The translations under genes were made by a program, and so were the position numbers. DNA of 64,000 nt from the IMG/VR virus record IMGVR_UViG_3300045988_160427. One strand, 5' to 3'. Source of the stretch: a virus. The notes under the pieces are model-generated. The model was not told where the DNA came from. It did not search any database and saw only the letters and a list, made by a program, of their open reading frames with translations. Positions 17,805-26,639 of this stretch are shown here, one piece after another (the stretch's first letter is position 1; each line of letters opens with the position of its first letter).

Positions 17805-18516
17805 TTTTATGAAAAAAGAAACAAATCCCAATACAGATATAAAACTGTCGTTAAAAGAAGATATTCATTTAAGTGATAAAGAAATATGGAATAATTTTCA
17901 ACAATATTATTTGGCTGGACAATATGAAGAAGCTATTAATTATCTAAACAATAATTTATCTTCCGTCAAAAACAAAATAACAAATGCTACTTTGATTAAC
18001 AATTTGAATAATGCTCTTGTTATTTTGCAAAATTATTATTATAATAATGTAGAAGATAAATTATCTGAATTAATGAAGTCTTATGATGACGAAATAGAAA
18101 ATTTTGTTAATAAAGGTGTATATACAATTGGAGTTACTTATTATCCATTAAATTTTGTTTTTGATAACAATGGGAATTTGTATATATGTATAAAAGAAAA
18201 TACTGGAAAAGAAGATGGATTAAATGACGTAACCAACTGGATATATATTGGGTTAAAAGGAGAGAAAGGTTTACTCGGATTTAATTGTACATATAAAGGT
18301 GTTTGGGATAGTACTACGACTTATTCCAAGAATGATTTATGCACAGATGGAGATTATCTATATTATTCTAAGCAAAATAATAATTTAAACAATAATCTAT
18401 CTCCAAATTCGCAGTATTGGGGAGTATTTTTTGAGTTTATAAAAGCAACAATAGAGGTATATACACAGACTCCTACAACTCCTTATCCTGGACAGGTTTA
18501 TTTATTACAAGTGTAA
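17794..18516 (+). CDS. tail fibre-like protein (paralog of 17064..17804)
   Basis: 'GLKGEKGLLGFNCTYKGVWDS' parallels upstream gene. Confidence 0.4.
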   Translation: MWSDFMKKETNPNTDIKLSLKEDIHLSDKEIWNNFQQYYLAGQYEEAINYLNNNLSSVKNKITNATLINNLNNALVILQNYYYNNVEDKLSELMKSYDDEIENFVNKGVYTIGVTYYPLNFVFDNNGNLYICIKENTGKEDGLNDVTNWIYIGLKGEKGLLGFNCTYKGVWDSTTTYSKNDLCTDGDYLYYSKQNNNLNNNLSPNSQYWGVFFEFIKATIEVYTQTPTTPYPGQVYLLQV

Positions 18517-18531
18517 AGAGGTGGAATATTA

Positions 18532-19587
18532 ATGATAAATGTTAAGCCTTTTGTTTATCAAAATGGACAAAACGTGGAGATGAACATGGCAACTGTTTCT
18601 TCTATGGTAATAATGGGAGATGGTAGTACAACACTAGAAGAAGAAATAACAAAATTAGAAAAGGGAACGAGTAATGAAAACCTACTTATCAACACTAATT
18701 TTTTAAATCCTGTTTATCAATATGGTACTGGTGATTTAGATGAATTAAATAGTTCAGAAGTGGGTTGCTCAGACTCGTCCTATTGGATTGATAGATGGTA
18801 TCCCGCACAAGGAACAACTGCTGATAATATTACTAATTATCGCAAAGAAAAAGGAATATACATTGAAAATGGGTTGTGCCAAGCAGTTTATGGGATGTCC
18901 GACTATGTTGGGCAGGTATTTACTTTGTCTATTGGGTTTGAAGATGGAACAATCAGCTCTGTAACAGGTACATTAAATGCTGGTGCTGGGAATAAAATAT
19001 CTAATAATTATTTATCGTTTTACTTTTTAACAGGTGTATCATCTGGCAATGCTGATGTCGCTATTGTGGAAATAAAATCGAAGAAAAATGGTACAGGTAC
19101 TTCTTTAACAGATTTTTATGCTATTCAATGGGCAAAATTTGAAAAAGGAGAGTTTTCTACACAATATCAGATACCAAGTTATACAGAAGAAGAATTAAAG
19201 TGTCAGAGATATTATATGCGATATGGTTACAAAAAAGTCAATGATTCTTCTAATGACAAAATTCCGTATACGCTAGGTTTGGCAACTTCTCAAACAACTG
19301 GAACAGCGATTTTTTATTTGCCAACACAAATGCGTATAACTCCAACCATTAAAATTGTTGGTACGTTTAATGTACAGTATCCAAATGATAACAATTCTAT
19401 GTTAGATTCCCCAGTAAATAGTGTAGAAGTTAACTATGTTAATAGCAATCAAGCGATTGCAGGTCTTGATTTTAGTGAAGGATATCCTGCCCTGACATAT
19501 GGACAAATAATTGCTTTTTATGCCTATGAGGGTGGTGCATACATTTATTTTGATGCAGAATATCATCCAATTTGGCAATCAAGATAA
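18532..19587 (+). CDS. putative receptor-binding/tail fibre protein, paralog A
   Basis: shares 'ELKCQRYY' and 'YLPTQMRITPT' motifs with 19607..20560. Confidence 0.45.
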   Translation: MINVKPFVYQNGQNVEMNMATVSSMVIMGDGSTTLEEEITKLEKGTSNENLLINTNFLNPVYQYGTGDLDELNSSEVGCSDSSYWIDRWYPAQGTTADNITNYRKEKGIYIENGLCQAVYGMSDYVGQVFTLSIGFEDGTISSVTGTLNAGAGNKISNNYLSFYFLTGVSSGNADVAIVEIKSKKNGTGTSLTDFYAIQWAKFEKGEFSTQYQIPSYTEEELKCQRYYMRYGYKKVNDSSNDKIPYTLGLATSQTTGTAIFYLPTQMRITPTIKIVGTFNVQYPNDNNSMLDSPVNSVEVNYVNSNQAIAGLDFSEGYPALTYGQIIAFYAYEGGAYIYFDAEYHPIWQSR

Positions 19588-19606
19588 TAATTAGGAGTAA
19601 GATTTA

Positions 19607-20560
19607 ATGGCTATTAATTATAGGGTTCAAGAAAATAATCAAACAGTTCATTTTGAGGGCGATGCACAAATTACTTTGACTTCCGATGGTTCTAATGTGC
19701 AAGCCAAATTAAATGAGTTAAACAGTATGCTCCGTTCCAATCCAAACTTATTGATTAATTCCAATTTCACAAATCCAATTAATCAGAGAAATGCTACTAC
19801 TTATGCGCAAAACAAATATTTTATTGATAGATGGAGACATGTGTCGGGAAGTTTAACCACTATTAAAATTTCTTCGACTTATGGATTATATATTAAAGGT
19901 ATCTCTATATCACAAGTTATAGAACTGCAAAATCCGATTGGGAAAACATTAACTGCTTCTGCACAGTTTTGTGACGAGTATGGCGCTACTAAAGTGGTTA
20001 CTTTTACTACTACATTGGGGACTTCAAGTAGTAGCAATACATATTTTTTATTCACACCTGACCCAGATAATAACTTTGTAGAATTTGCAATCAATAATTT
20101 CACTGTGCCCTTTGATTGGGGTTTTGGGAGTAGCTTGTATGTTACTTGGGCGAAAGTAGAAATTGGCAGTGCTGCAACAGTGTATTTTTATCCAGATTAC
20201 AGTAGTGAATTAGTAAAATGTCAAAGATATTACTATAAATTGACTTCTGATGGTTCGGCAAGAATATATCCTACCAATTCTTGGTGGACTACCACAATAA
20301 ATGCTGTTTTATATCTTCCTACAACCATGCGTATTTTGCCCACTCCATCTTTCAGTAATAATGTAGATATATGGTTTGGTACACAAGATGGCAATCAGGT
20401 TACTGGATATACACCTACACAAGTGGAAGCTGGTAGATTTTTGCCAAATCAAATAGAATTGACCATGACTACAAATAAGAATGTATCTGGATACGACCAA
20501 TGGAATTTATTGGTCGCAAACGGAGGATATATAGAATTGGATGCTGAAATTTATCTATAA
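19607..20560 (+). CDS. putative receptor-binding/tail fibre protein, paralog B
   Basis: 'ELVKCQRYYY', 'YLPTTMRILPT'. Confidence 0.45.
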   Translation: MAINYRVQENNQTVHFEGDAQITLTSDGSNVQAKLNELNSMLRSNPNLLINSNFTNPINQRNATTYAQNKYFIDRWRHVSGSLTTIKISSTYGLYIKGISISQVIELQNPIGKTLTASAQFCDEYGATKVVTFTTTLGTSSSSNTYFLFTPDPDNNFVEFAINNFTVPFDWGFGSSLYVTWAKVEIGSAATVYFYPDYSSELVKCQRYYYKLTSDGSARIYPTNSWWTTTINAVLYLPTTMRILPTPSFSNNVDIWFGTQDGNQVTGYTPTQVEAGRFLPNQIELTMTTNKNVSGYDQWNLLVANGGYIELDAEIYL

Positions 20561-20569
20561 AGGAAAGGA

Positions 20570-20920
20570 ATGAATAATATGGTTAAAGCTGAAAAAAATA
20601 CATATAAAATTTATGCAAGGGCAGATGAAAAAAATAGAATTATTAAATTCTTTTCTTCTGTTTTTGAAGAACCATTAGATACGGATATTCTTGTAGAAGA
20701 GGGGAACCAAGAGTATCATGTGCATGTTCAATTAAAATATATTGCTCATAATAGTAAAGGACAATATAGATATAAATTAGTGGATAACAAAGTTGTTGAA
20801 AGAACATTAGAAGAATTAAATCTTGAAATACAAGAGGAACAAAGTAAAATGCAACCTTCCTTAAATCAAAGAATGAACGATATAGAAGAAGCGGTTGCCT
20901 TAATTGTTTATGGAGGATAA
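20570..20920 (+). CDS. hypothetical protein
   Basis: 116-aa ORF. Confidence 0.4.
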   Translation: MNNMVKAEKNTYKIYARADEKNRIIKFFSSVFEEPLDTDILVEEGNQEYHVHVQLKYIAHNSKGQYRYKLVDNKVVERTLEELNLEIQEEQSKMQPSLNQRMNDIEEAVALIVYGG

Positions 20921-21110
20921 TAAAATGAGTATCAACGAATTGTCTAATGTTTTATTGAGGATTACTGGTAGAGCTATTTTAACCAGAATGACAGAAAGTA
21001 AGTCCACTTTTGACGAAATAATTAAATTATATCCCAAATTAACGAAAGAACAAATTGAAATTCTTAAAGAATGTGAAGAATTTCAAGGTTTTGATAGCGG
21101 AGATAAATAA
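20904..21110 (+). CDS. hypothetical protein
   Basis: 68-aa ORF, coupled. Confidence 0.35.
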   Translation: MFMEDNKMSINELSNVLLRITGRAILTRMTESKSTFDEIIKLYPKLTKEQIEILKECEEFQGFDSGDK

Positions 21111-21592
21111 TGAATATTCCAGTATTAAATTTGCGCAATGATTCAGGAGAATTTGTTCCATATGCAGTAATTCAAGGCCCCCCAGGCGAACAGGGGCCTC
21201 AAGGCCCCTCTGGAACAGACATAGAATCTTATGTTATCTCTGAGCCAATTGATAATGGAGAGAGGGGATATATTCGCTATAAGAATGGCTTACAATATGC
21301 TTGGGCGAGGGTATACTTTTCAACTTCTATCAGCAGTTCTTGGGGGAGTTTGTACGAAAGCAGCGACGTTACTGCCCCTGCATTTGCTGCAAGTTTTAGT
21401 GATACGCCCACTATAATTTGGGGTTTGGAAAATATGTCGGCTGGATGTATGATTGAATACTATTCCAGAACTAGCAGTGATGATGACAATACTAATAATA
21501 CCTATCCTGGATTTGTTAATTTAGTTAGACCAAGTTCATCATCATCTGTAACTGGATATTTAACATATTTGGCAATAGGCAAATGGAAATAA
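21110..21592 (+). CDS. collagen-like repeat protein
   Basis: 'GPPGEQGPQGPSG' Gly-X-Y run. Confidence 0.4.
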   Translation: MNIPVLNLRNDSGEFVPYAVIQGPPGEQGPQGPSGTDIESYVISEPIDNGERGYIRYKNGLQYAWARVYFSTSISSSWGSLYESSDVTAPAFAASFSDTPTIIWGLENMSAGCMIEYYSRTSSDDDNTNNTYPGFVNLVRPSSSSSVTGYLTYLAIGKWK

Positions 21593-21613
21593 AAGAGAAA
21601 AGGAGATAATGTA

Positions 21614-22990
21614 ATGGCTAGACAGACCTTAAAACTAACATCCCCCTTAATGAAAGGGGACGATGTTAAAGAGTTTCAAAACCTGGTAACAAACAGAGGT
21701 TTTAGTTGTGGTACTATTGATGGTAAATATGGCGAAAAATCTGTAAGTGCTTGTAAAAAATTTCAATCTTCTGCTGGCTTATCTGCCGACGGCATTTGTG
21801 GCCCTGATACATGGAATAAATTAGAGGGTAGACGAATGTTAAAACTAACATCCCCCTTAATGAAAGGGGACGATGTTAAAGAGTTTCAAACAAAAATCAC
21901 AAATCATGGATATAATTGTGGTTCTATTGATTCTATGTACGGTGAAAAAGCCAAAGCTGCGTGCATTTCTTTCCAAAAAGCTAAAGGATTAAGTGCGGAC
22001 GGGATTTGTGGTGATAAAACTTGGGCTGCATTAGATGGGTCTACATCATCTTCTGGAACAAGTGGAAGAAGATTGCTAAAAAAAACTAGCCCTTTGATGA
22101 AGGGAGATGACGTAACAGAGTTTCAAAATCTTGTAAAATCAAAAGGTTTTGACCCTGGAACCATTGATGGAAAGTATGGTGACAATAGTGTAGCAGCTTG
22201 TAAAGAATTTCAAAGTTATGCGGGGCTATCAGTAGATGGACAGTGTGGGACAAACACGTGGGCAGCATTAGATTCTGATATTGCACCATATTCACCTTCT
22301 ACATCAGGTTCTAACAGCTCTATTGGTGAAACAGAAATGGAAGTGCGCCAAAATGTCGTAAATGAAGCAAAAAAATATTTAGGATATAAGGAATCAGATG
22401 GTTCTCATAAAAAGATTATAGATATTTATAATGGACATTCTCCTTTAGCTAGGAACTATAGGGTTAAATATACAGATTCTTGGTGTGCTGTTTTTGTCTC
22501 AGCAGTGGCTATTCAATGTGGTTTGACAGATATTATGCCTACTGAATGTAGTTGCGGGCGTATGATTGAACTTTATCAAAAGCTAGGTTGTTGGGAAGAA
22601 AACGATGCCTATGTTCCCAATATTGGTGATATTATTATGTATGATTGGGATGATAGTGGAAAGGGTGATAATACAGGATGGCCTGACCACGTTGGTATTG
22701 TAACTGAAATTTCTGGCAATAAGATGAAAATCATTGAGGGCAATAAGTCTGATTCTGTATCTTATAGAACAGTAACAGTAAATGCTAAAGATATTCGCGG
22801 GTATTGTCTGCCAAATTACGCGAGTAAAGCGGGCACAAGTGAAACTTCTATTAGTTATACTGTGCAAAAGGGAGACACTTTATCGTCTCTTGCAAAAAAA
22901 TATAACACAACGGTTGATAAAATTTGTTCAGATAATAATATTTCAGACGCAGATAAAATTTATATTGGACAAGTGATTGTAATTAAATAA
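21614..22990 (+). CDS. modular endolysin: 3x PG_binding_1 + CHAP peptidase + LysM
   Basis: three 'LKLTSPLMKGDDVKEFQ...GxIDGKYG...SADGICG..TW' repeats; CHAP-like 'DSWCAVFVSAVA...GDIIMYDW...PDHVGIV'; C-terminal LysM 'YTVQKGDTLSSLAKKYNTTVDKICSDNNI'. Confidence 0.85.
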   Translation: MARQTLKLTSPLMKGDDVKEFQNLVTNRGFSCGTIDGKYGEKSVSACKKFQSSAGLSADGICGPDTWNKLEGRRMLKLTSPLMKGDDVKEFQTKITNHGYNCGSIDSMYGEKAKAACISFQKAKGLSADGICGDKTWAALDGSTSSSGTSGRRLLKKTSPLMKGDDVTEFQNLVKSKGFDPGTIDGKYGDNSVAACKEFQSYAGLSVDGQCGTNTWAALDSDIAPYSPSTSGSNSSIGETEMEVRQNVVNEAKKYLGYKESDGSHKKIIDIYNGHSPLARNYRVKYTDSWCAVFVSAVAIQCGLTDIMPTECSCGRMIELYQKLGCWEENDAYVPNIGDIIMYDWDDSGKGDNTGWPDHVGIVTEISGNKMKIIEGNKSDSVSYRTVTVNAKDIRGYCLPNYASKAGTSETSISYTVQKGDTLSSLAKKYNTTVDKICSDNNISDADKIYIGQVIVIK

Positions 22991-22992
22991 AA

Positions 22993-23034
22993 ATAGGGTA
23001 GATTGAGTTTATCTCTTTCTACCCTATTTTTTTT
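22993..23034 (+). terminator. rho-independent terminator after endolysin
   Basis: perfect 10-bp stem ATAGGGTAGA/TCTACCCTAT followed by T8. Confidence 0.7.
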
Positions 23035-23052
23035 GGTTGTTGAATATATCAA

Positions 23053-23190
23053 TTATTTTTTATTATAATTATTTACCTTATTTTTATTAATTTGTTTTTT
23101 GCTTTTTTCTAATTCTTTTTTAGTTTTTCTTTCTACGCCAAAAGTTTCACCTAATACATTGTCAATTTTTACCATATCAATAGCTTTCAT
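23053..23190 (-). CDS. small Lys-rich hypothetical protein (45 aa)
   Basis: ATG with AGGAG RBS; below ORF-track cutoff. Confidence 0.3.
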   Translation of the reverse strand: MKAIDMVKIDNVLGETFGVERKTKKELEKSKKQINKNKVNNYNKK

Positions 23191-23449
23191 GATAAACTCC
23201 TATTTTTAATTTTGAAATAAGTGGAAATTTTTTGACCGTTTAATGGTGCTGGGTTCCATTCCACTTCTCTTTTAAAATCGAATATTCGCATTCCTTCTTC
23301 AAATGTTATATTTAACACTTTTTCTACTCTCTGTGTCTCTATTCATTCACCTGAAAATAATTTTGTTAAAACATTTATCTTTTCTTCTTCTTCCACTTTA
23401 TTGTTTTTATTTTTTTCATTTAACTTTGACAAATTATATTGATTCCTCC

Positions 23450-23968
23450 TTATGAATTCTGGCAATTCATTTCAAAATAACTGCAATAATCATTTACATA
23501 AAAGTTTAAACTATATGAAGCACCTCCTTCATTATCAGTAGATATATAATCATTAGTGCATTCATAATTTTTAAAATGTTTACATTCTTTGCAACGTCCT
23601 ATAGGAGGAGTTGTACGATTGTTCCACGCACGCAATGCGGATTCTTTGTTATAGTGTGAACCACCTACACAAAGTCCGCATCCTCCTGCTAAATAATCAC
23701 AAACCACTACAAATTGTTTAGACATTATTTCAAAATTTATATTATCTCGATCAATATATTCTACATTAGCTACGGTATATATTTTGGCTACAGACATTCC
23801 ACAGCAAGGACATTTTAATATAATTCCTTGTTGCGTACACTTCTCTTGAGATTCTTTATCCCCCAATAATGCCTTTCGTTCTAGTTCTGTCATGTGGAAT
23901 CCTCTCTTAATCCATTTTTGCCCCACAGTTTGGGCAGTAGTTGTAATTACCACTGATAAATCCATCAT
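23450..23968 (-). CDS. Cys-rich hypothetical protein
   Basis: multiple CxxC pairs. Confidence 0.4.
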   Translation of the reverse strand: MMDLSVVITTTAQTVGQKWIKRGFHMTELERKALLGDKESQEKCTQQGIILKCPCCGMSVAKIYTVANVEYIDRDNINFEIMSKQFVVVCDYLAGGCGLCVGGSHYNKESALRAWNNRTTPPIGRCKECKHFKNYECTNDYISTDNEGGASYSLNFYVNDYCSYFEMNCQNS

Positions 23969-24251
23969 CTTCTATTCCACATATTGAGCATGTCCAGCAC
24001 TCATTCCATAAACTATCAGTTGTGTGGGTGTGTTCCCATCTTCCATGCATAACAGGGGCAATATCAATAGTTGTCTGCTCCTCTATGGCTTGGATGATTC
24101 CGTTTGTAAACATCCCATAATCTATAGAGTTTAATGTTGGATGTCTTAACAAATAATGATGATCTTTAATTATTTTTATCAATTCTTCCGCATCAATCAT
24201 CCTCATTGTGCATTCTCCTTCTTTGCCATTTCCATCATCAACCTTGCACAC
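23907..24251 (-). CDS. zinc-ribbon protein (paralog of 48160..48435)
   Basis: 'VMHGRWE' and C-terminal 'CSICG...NYCPNCGAKMD'. Confidence 0.45.
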   Translation of the reverse strand: MCKVDDGNGKEGECTMRMIDAEELIKIIKDHHYLLRHPTLNSIDYGMFTNGIIQAIEEQTTIDIAPVMHGRWEHTHTTDSLWNECWTCSICGIEDDGFISGNYNYCPNCGAKMD

Positions 24252-24493
24252 GCATGGGCAAGGTGGTTTTCTTTCTCCTCATCCTTTGGCAACTTCATCC
24301 CTGATTTCTGATTTCTGTATAAACAAAGATGGCGGATTGCATGGGCGAGGTTGTCTTGTGTACTTACTTTATCCCAGTTTCCCGTTCCGTGCTTTTCAAA
24401 TCCTTTTGCGCTTACCTCTGCAATCATCGGTAAGGCAGGAAGGATATATTCCCATACCTCAAAGTCAATTTTGTTTTGCTTGGCTTCACTCAT
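24203..24493 (-). CDS. hypothetical protein (possible NTP pyrophosphohydrolase-like helical protein)
   Basis: weak resemblance only. Confidence 0.3.
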   Translation of the reverse strand: MSEAKQNKIDFEVWEYILPALPMIAEVSAKGFEKHGTGNWDKVSTQDNLAHAIRHLCLYRNQKSGMKLPKDEEKENHLAHACARLMMEMAKKENAQ

Positions 24494-24857
24494 TTTTCTT
24501 ATTCTCCAGTACTTTTATTGCATCCTCTCTTGAAAGAAAAACTGTTTTTCCTATTGAGTTGCTAACAAAATTCCCGCCATAGTGTCCACCGCTTTCATAA
24601 TTTCCACGACAAGAGAACACTATCGTAAATCCATCCTGTTTTATTTTCATGTTCGATACTTTACATTTTATTATTTCTTTTTTCCTTGTGTATTCTGGCT
24701 TTTTTGTGATTACATAAACTATGTCATCTATTTTGCATGGTATTTCTATGAAATTTGATTTATCTAAAAAAAGAGAACATGTTTTACAAATCGATGGCAT
24801 AAACGGAATTAACGAAAACTTGCATATTTCATAATGTATGCAATTTTCTTTTGTCAT
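24486..24857 (-). CDS. hypothetical protein
   Basis: 123-aa ORF coupled to dut. Confidence 0.4.
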   Translation of the reverse strand: MTKENCIHYEICKFSLIPFMPSICKTCSLFLDKSNFIEIPCKIDDIVYVITKKPEYTRKKEIIKCKVSNMKIKQDGFTIVFSCRGNYESGGHYGGNFVSNSIGKTVFLSREDAIKVLENKKNE

Positions 24858-25297
24858 TTTCCTGTACTCCCAAAACCATTTTTTCCTCTATTTGTCGTAT
24901 CTAATGTTTCTACTTCAGCAGGAGTAATTTTTAAGTAAGGGAGAATAATAAGTTGAGCAATTCTTTCGTCAGGCTCAATTATTTGAGTTTGTTCCGAATG
25001 ATTATGTAGAGGCACCATAATTTCTCCTCGGTAATCAGAATCAATAATTCCTACACAATTAATTGGAGCTAATCCTCTTTTTGTAGAAATACCACTTCTG
25101 GCTACAAGGGCTCCAAAATAACCATTTGGGATACTTACCGCAATTCCTGTGGGCACTTTAATAGTTTCATGTGGGCGAATCATAGTTGTTTTATTAATGT
25201 TTGCATATAAATCCGCTCCTGCTGAATTTTCTGTTGCTACTAAAGGTTTTTTTGATGTGACAGATGTTTTTTTGAATTGTAAAATAGTTTGTTCCAT
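24854..25297 (-). CDS. dut: dUTP diphosphatase
   Basis: 'GIIDSDYRGEI' and C-terminal 'RGKNGFGSTGK' dUTPase motifs. Confidence 0.85.
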   Translation of the reverse strand: MEQTILQFKKTSVTSKKPLVATENSAGADLYANINKTTMIRPHETIKVPTGIAVSIPNGYFGALVARSGISTKRGLAPINCVGIIDSDYRGEIMVPLHNHSEQTQIIEPDERIAQLIILPYLKITPAEVETLDTTNRGKNGFGSTGK

Positions 25298-25449
25298 GGT
25301 TCTGTTCCTTTCTTTTTAAATAATTATTTTGTATGTTTATATTATCAAAACTATATTAATATGTCAATGCCATAACAAGTTTTTTTTAATAAAAAAATAA
25401 AAAAGCAATTATTCTAAATGAAACAATTGCTTTAATTATTATTTTTTAT

Positions 25450-25638
25450 TTAATTTTGAATTTTATAATATAATCCACATTCACAATATCCTTCTTCTTG
25501 ACTTTCGATAAACTCTTTACACATACATTTGGTTTCTGGGGTTTTTTTAATTTTACATAAGCAGTAATTATTATTTTTTTTCAATTGTTTTTTAAATTGT
25601 TTAACAAAGTCTGTGTCTGGGTTCATAAGAATAATCAT
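25450..25638 (-). CDS. small Cys-rich protein
   Basis: 'CLCKIKK...CMCKEF...CECG'. Confidence 0.4.
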   Translation of the reverse strand: MIILMNPDTDFVKQFKKQLKKNNNYCLCKIKKTPETKCMCKEFIESQEEGYCECGLYYKIQN

Positions 25639-26096
25639 AATATTTTTTTATTTTCCTTTCTGAATTGATGATTAATATTTTCCAAGTAGGTGTGATTTTT
25701 CATATTTACTATTTTATAAGTCTTGCCACGATCACAATAATTTCCTATTCGTATATAATCTAAATTTTTAGCTATAGATTCAAAATGCTTTATTTCATAT
25801 TCGTTTTTAGTATGATAACAACTATAATAAAAAGTCTTATATCCCTCTTTTTTACATAATAATACTACTTTTTCTAAATCGTCTTGGTTTATTTCTGTAT
25901 AAAATAGGTCATGATATATCTCCCAAAAACAAACACAAGTAATTTTATCTTTTTTATGTTTTTCTAATATAGAATGAATATCTTCTAAAAGTTTATTGTG
26001 TTCACAAGAAGACACTCTTTCTTGGACAGTGTTAATAATTAGAACCTTTTCTTTTGGTAGAATATCTTTAATAAAATATGATGAATATGTAAGCAT
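25635..26096 (-). CDS. NrdG-like paralog lacking the radical-SAM CxxxCxxC motif
   Basis: 'ITCVCFWEI...LDYIRIGNY' parallels NrdG 'ITCVCFFGGDH...LDYLKIGRY' but no N-terminal Cys triad. Confidence 0.5.
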   Translation of the reverse strand: MLTYSSYFIKDILPKEKVLIINTVQERVSSCEHNKLLEDIHSILEKHKKDKITCVCFWEIYHDLFYTEINQDDLEKVVLLCKKEGYKTFYYSCYHTKNEYEIKHFESIAKNLDYIRIGNYCDRGKTYKIVNMKNHTYLENINHQFRKENKKIL

Positions 26097-26111
26097 TTAT
26101 TACTCCTAATT

Positions 26112-26639
26112 TTATTTATTATAAAATAAAGATGTTATATCATATATTTTATAATTTCTTGTGTTGTTGCTATCAAAATGTACAATTTTATAAAAAATTT
26201 GATTTGTGTTTTTTGAATTTAATCCCCCTTTTAGATAATTGTATCTTCCTATTTTTAAATAATCTAAATATTGCATGTAAGTATTAAAATGTTCTAATTC
26301 TTTTTCAGCTTCTCCTAAGGTATGATAAGGTTTGCCATTTCCATATCCAGAATATAAACAAGTTTTTAATTTATGTTTTTTACAAATTTTCAAACATTTT
26401 ATTAGGTCTGATTCATTATGATCTCCCCCAAAGAAACACACGCATGTTATTAAATTTTCATATAGTTTTATAATGTTTTCAAGATTGTCCAGCAATGGTA
26501 TTCCTTCATCTTTCCAAAGGAATGGAGAGTGGCACCCCTTGCATTTATAGGGGCAACCACTAACATTTATTCCCAATGTTACTTCGTTAGGAACCTCTTG
26601 AAAAACTACAAAGTATGATTCATACTTTAGCATTATCAT
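26112..26639 (-). CDS. nrdG: anaerobic ribonucleotide reductase activating protein
   Basis: 'CPYKCKGCHSP' radical-SAM cluster motif; adjacent to nrdD. Confidence 0.75.
   Translation of the reverse strand: MIMLKYESYFVVFQEVPNEVTLGINVSGCPYKCKGCHSPFLWKDEGIPLLDNLENIIKLYENLITCVCFFGGDHNESDLIKCLKICKKHKLKTCLYSGYGNGKPYHTLGEAEKELEHFNTYMQYLDYLKIGRYNYLKGGLNSKNTNQIFYKIVHFDSNNTRNYKIYDITSLFYNK

Noticed and set aside
24208-24582. 124-aa + strand ORF overlapping minus-strand genes (and similar 28226..28411, 30371..30640, 31067..31264, 32904..33155, 35071..35307, 38272..38505, 42896..43090, 44674..44907, 48538..48747, 49144..49377)
   Set aside because: Embedded antisense in confidently called minus-strand genes; hydrophobic low-complexity products
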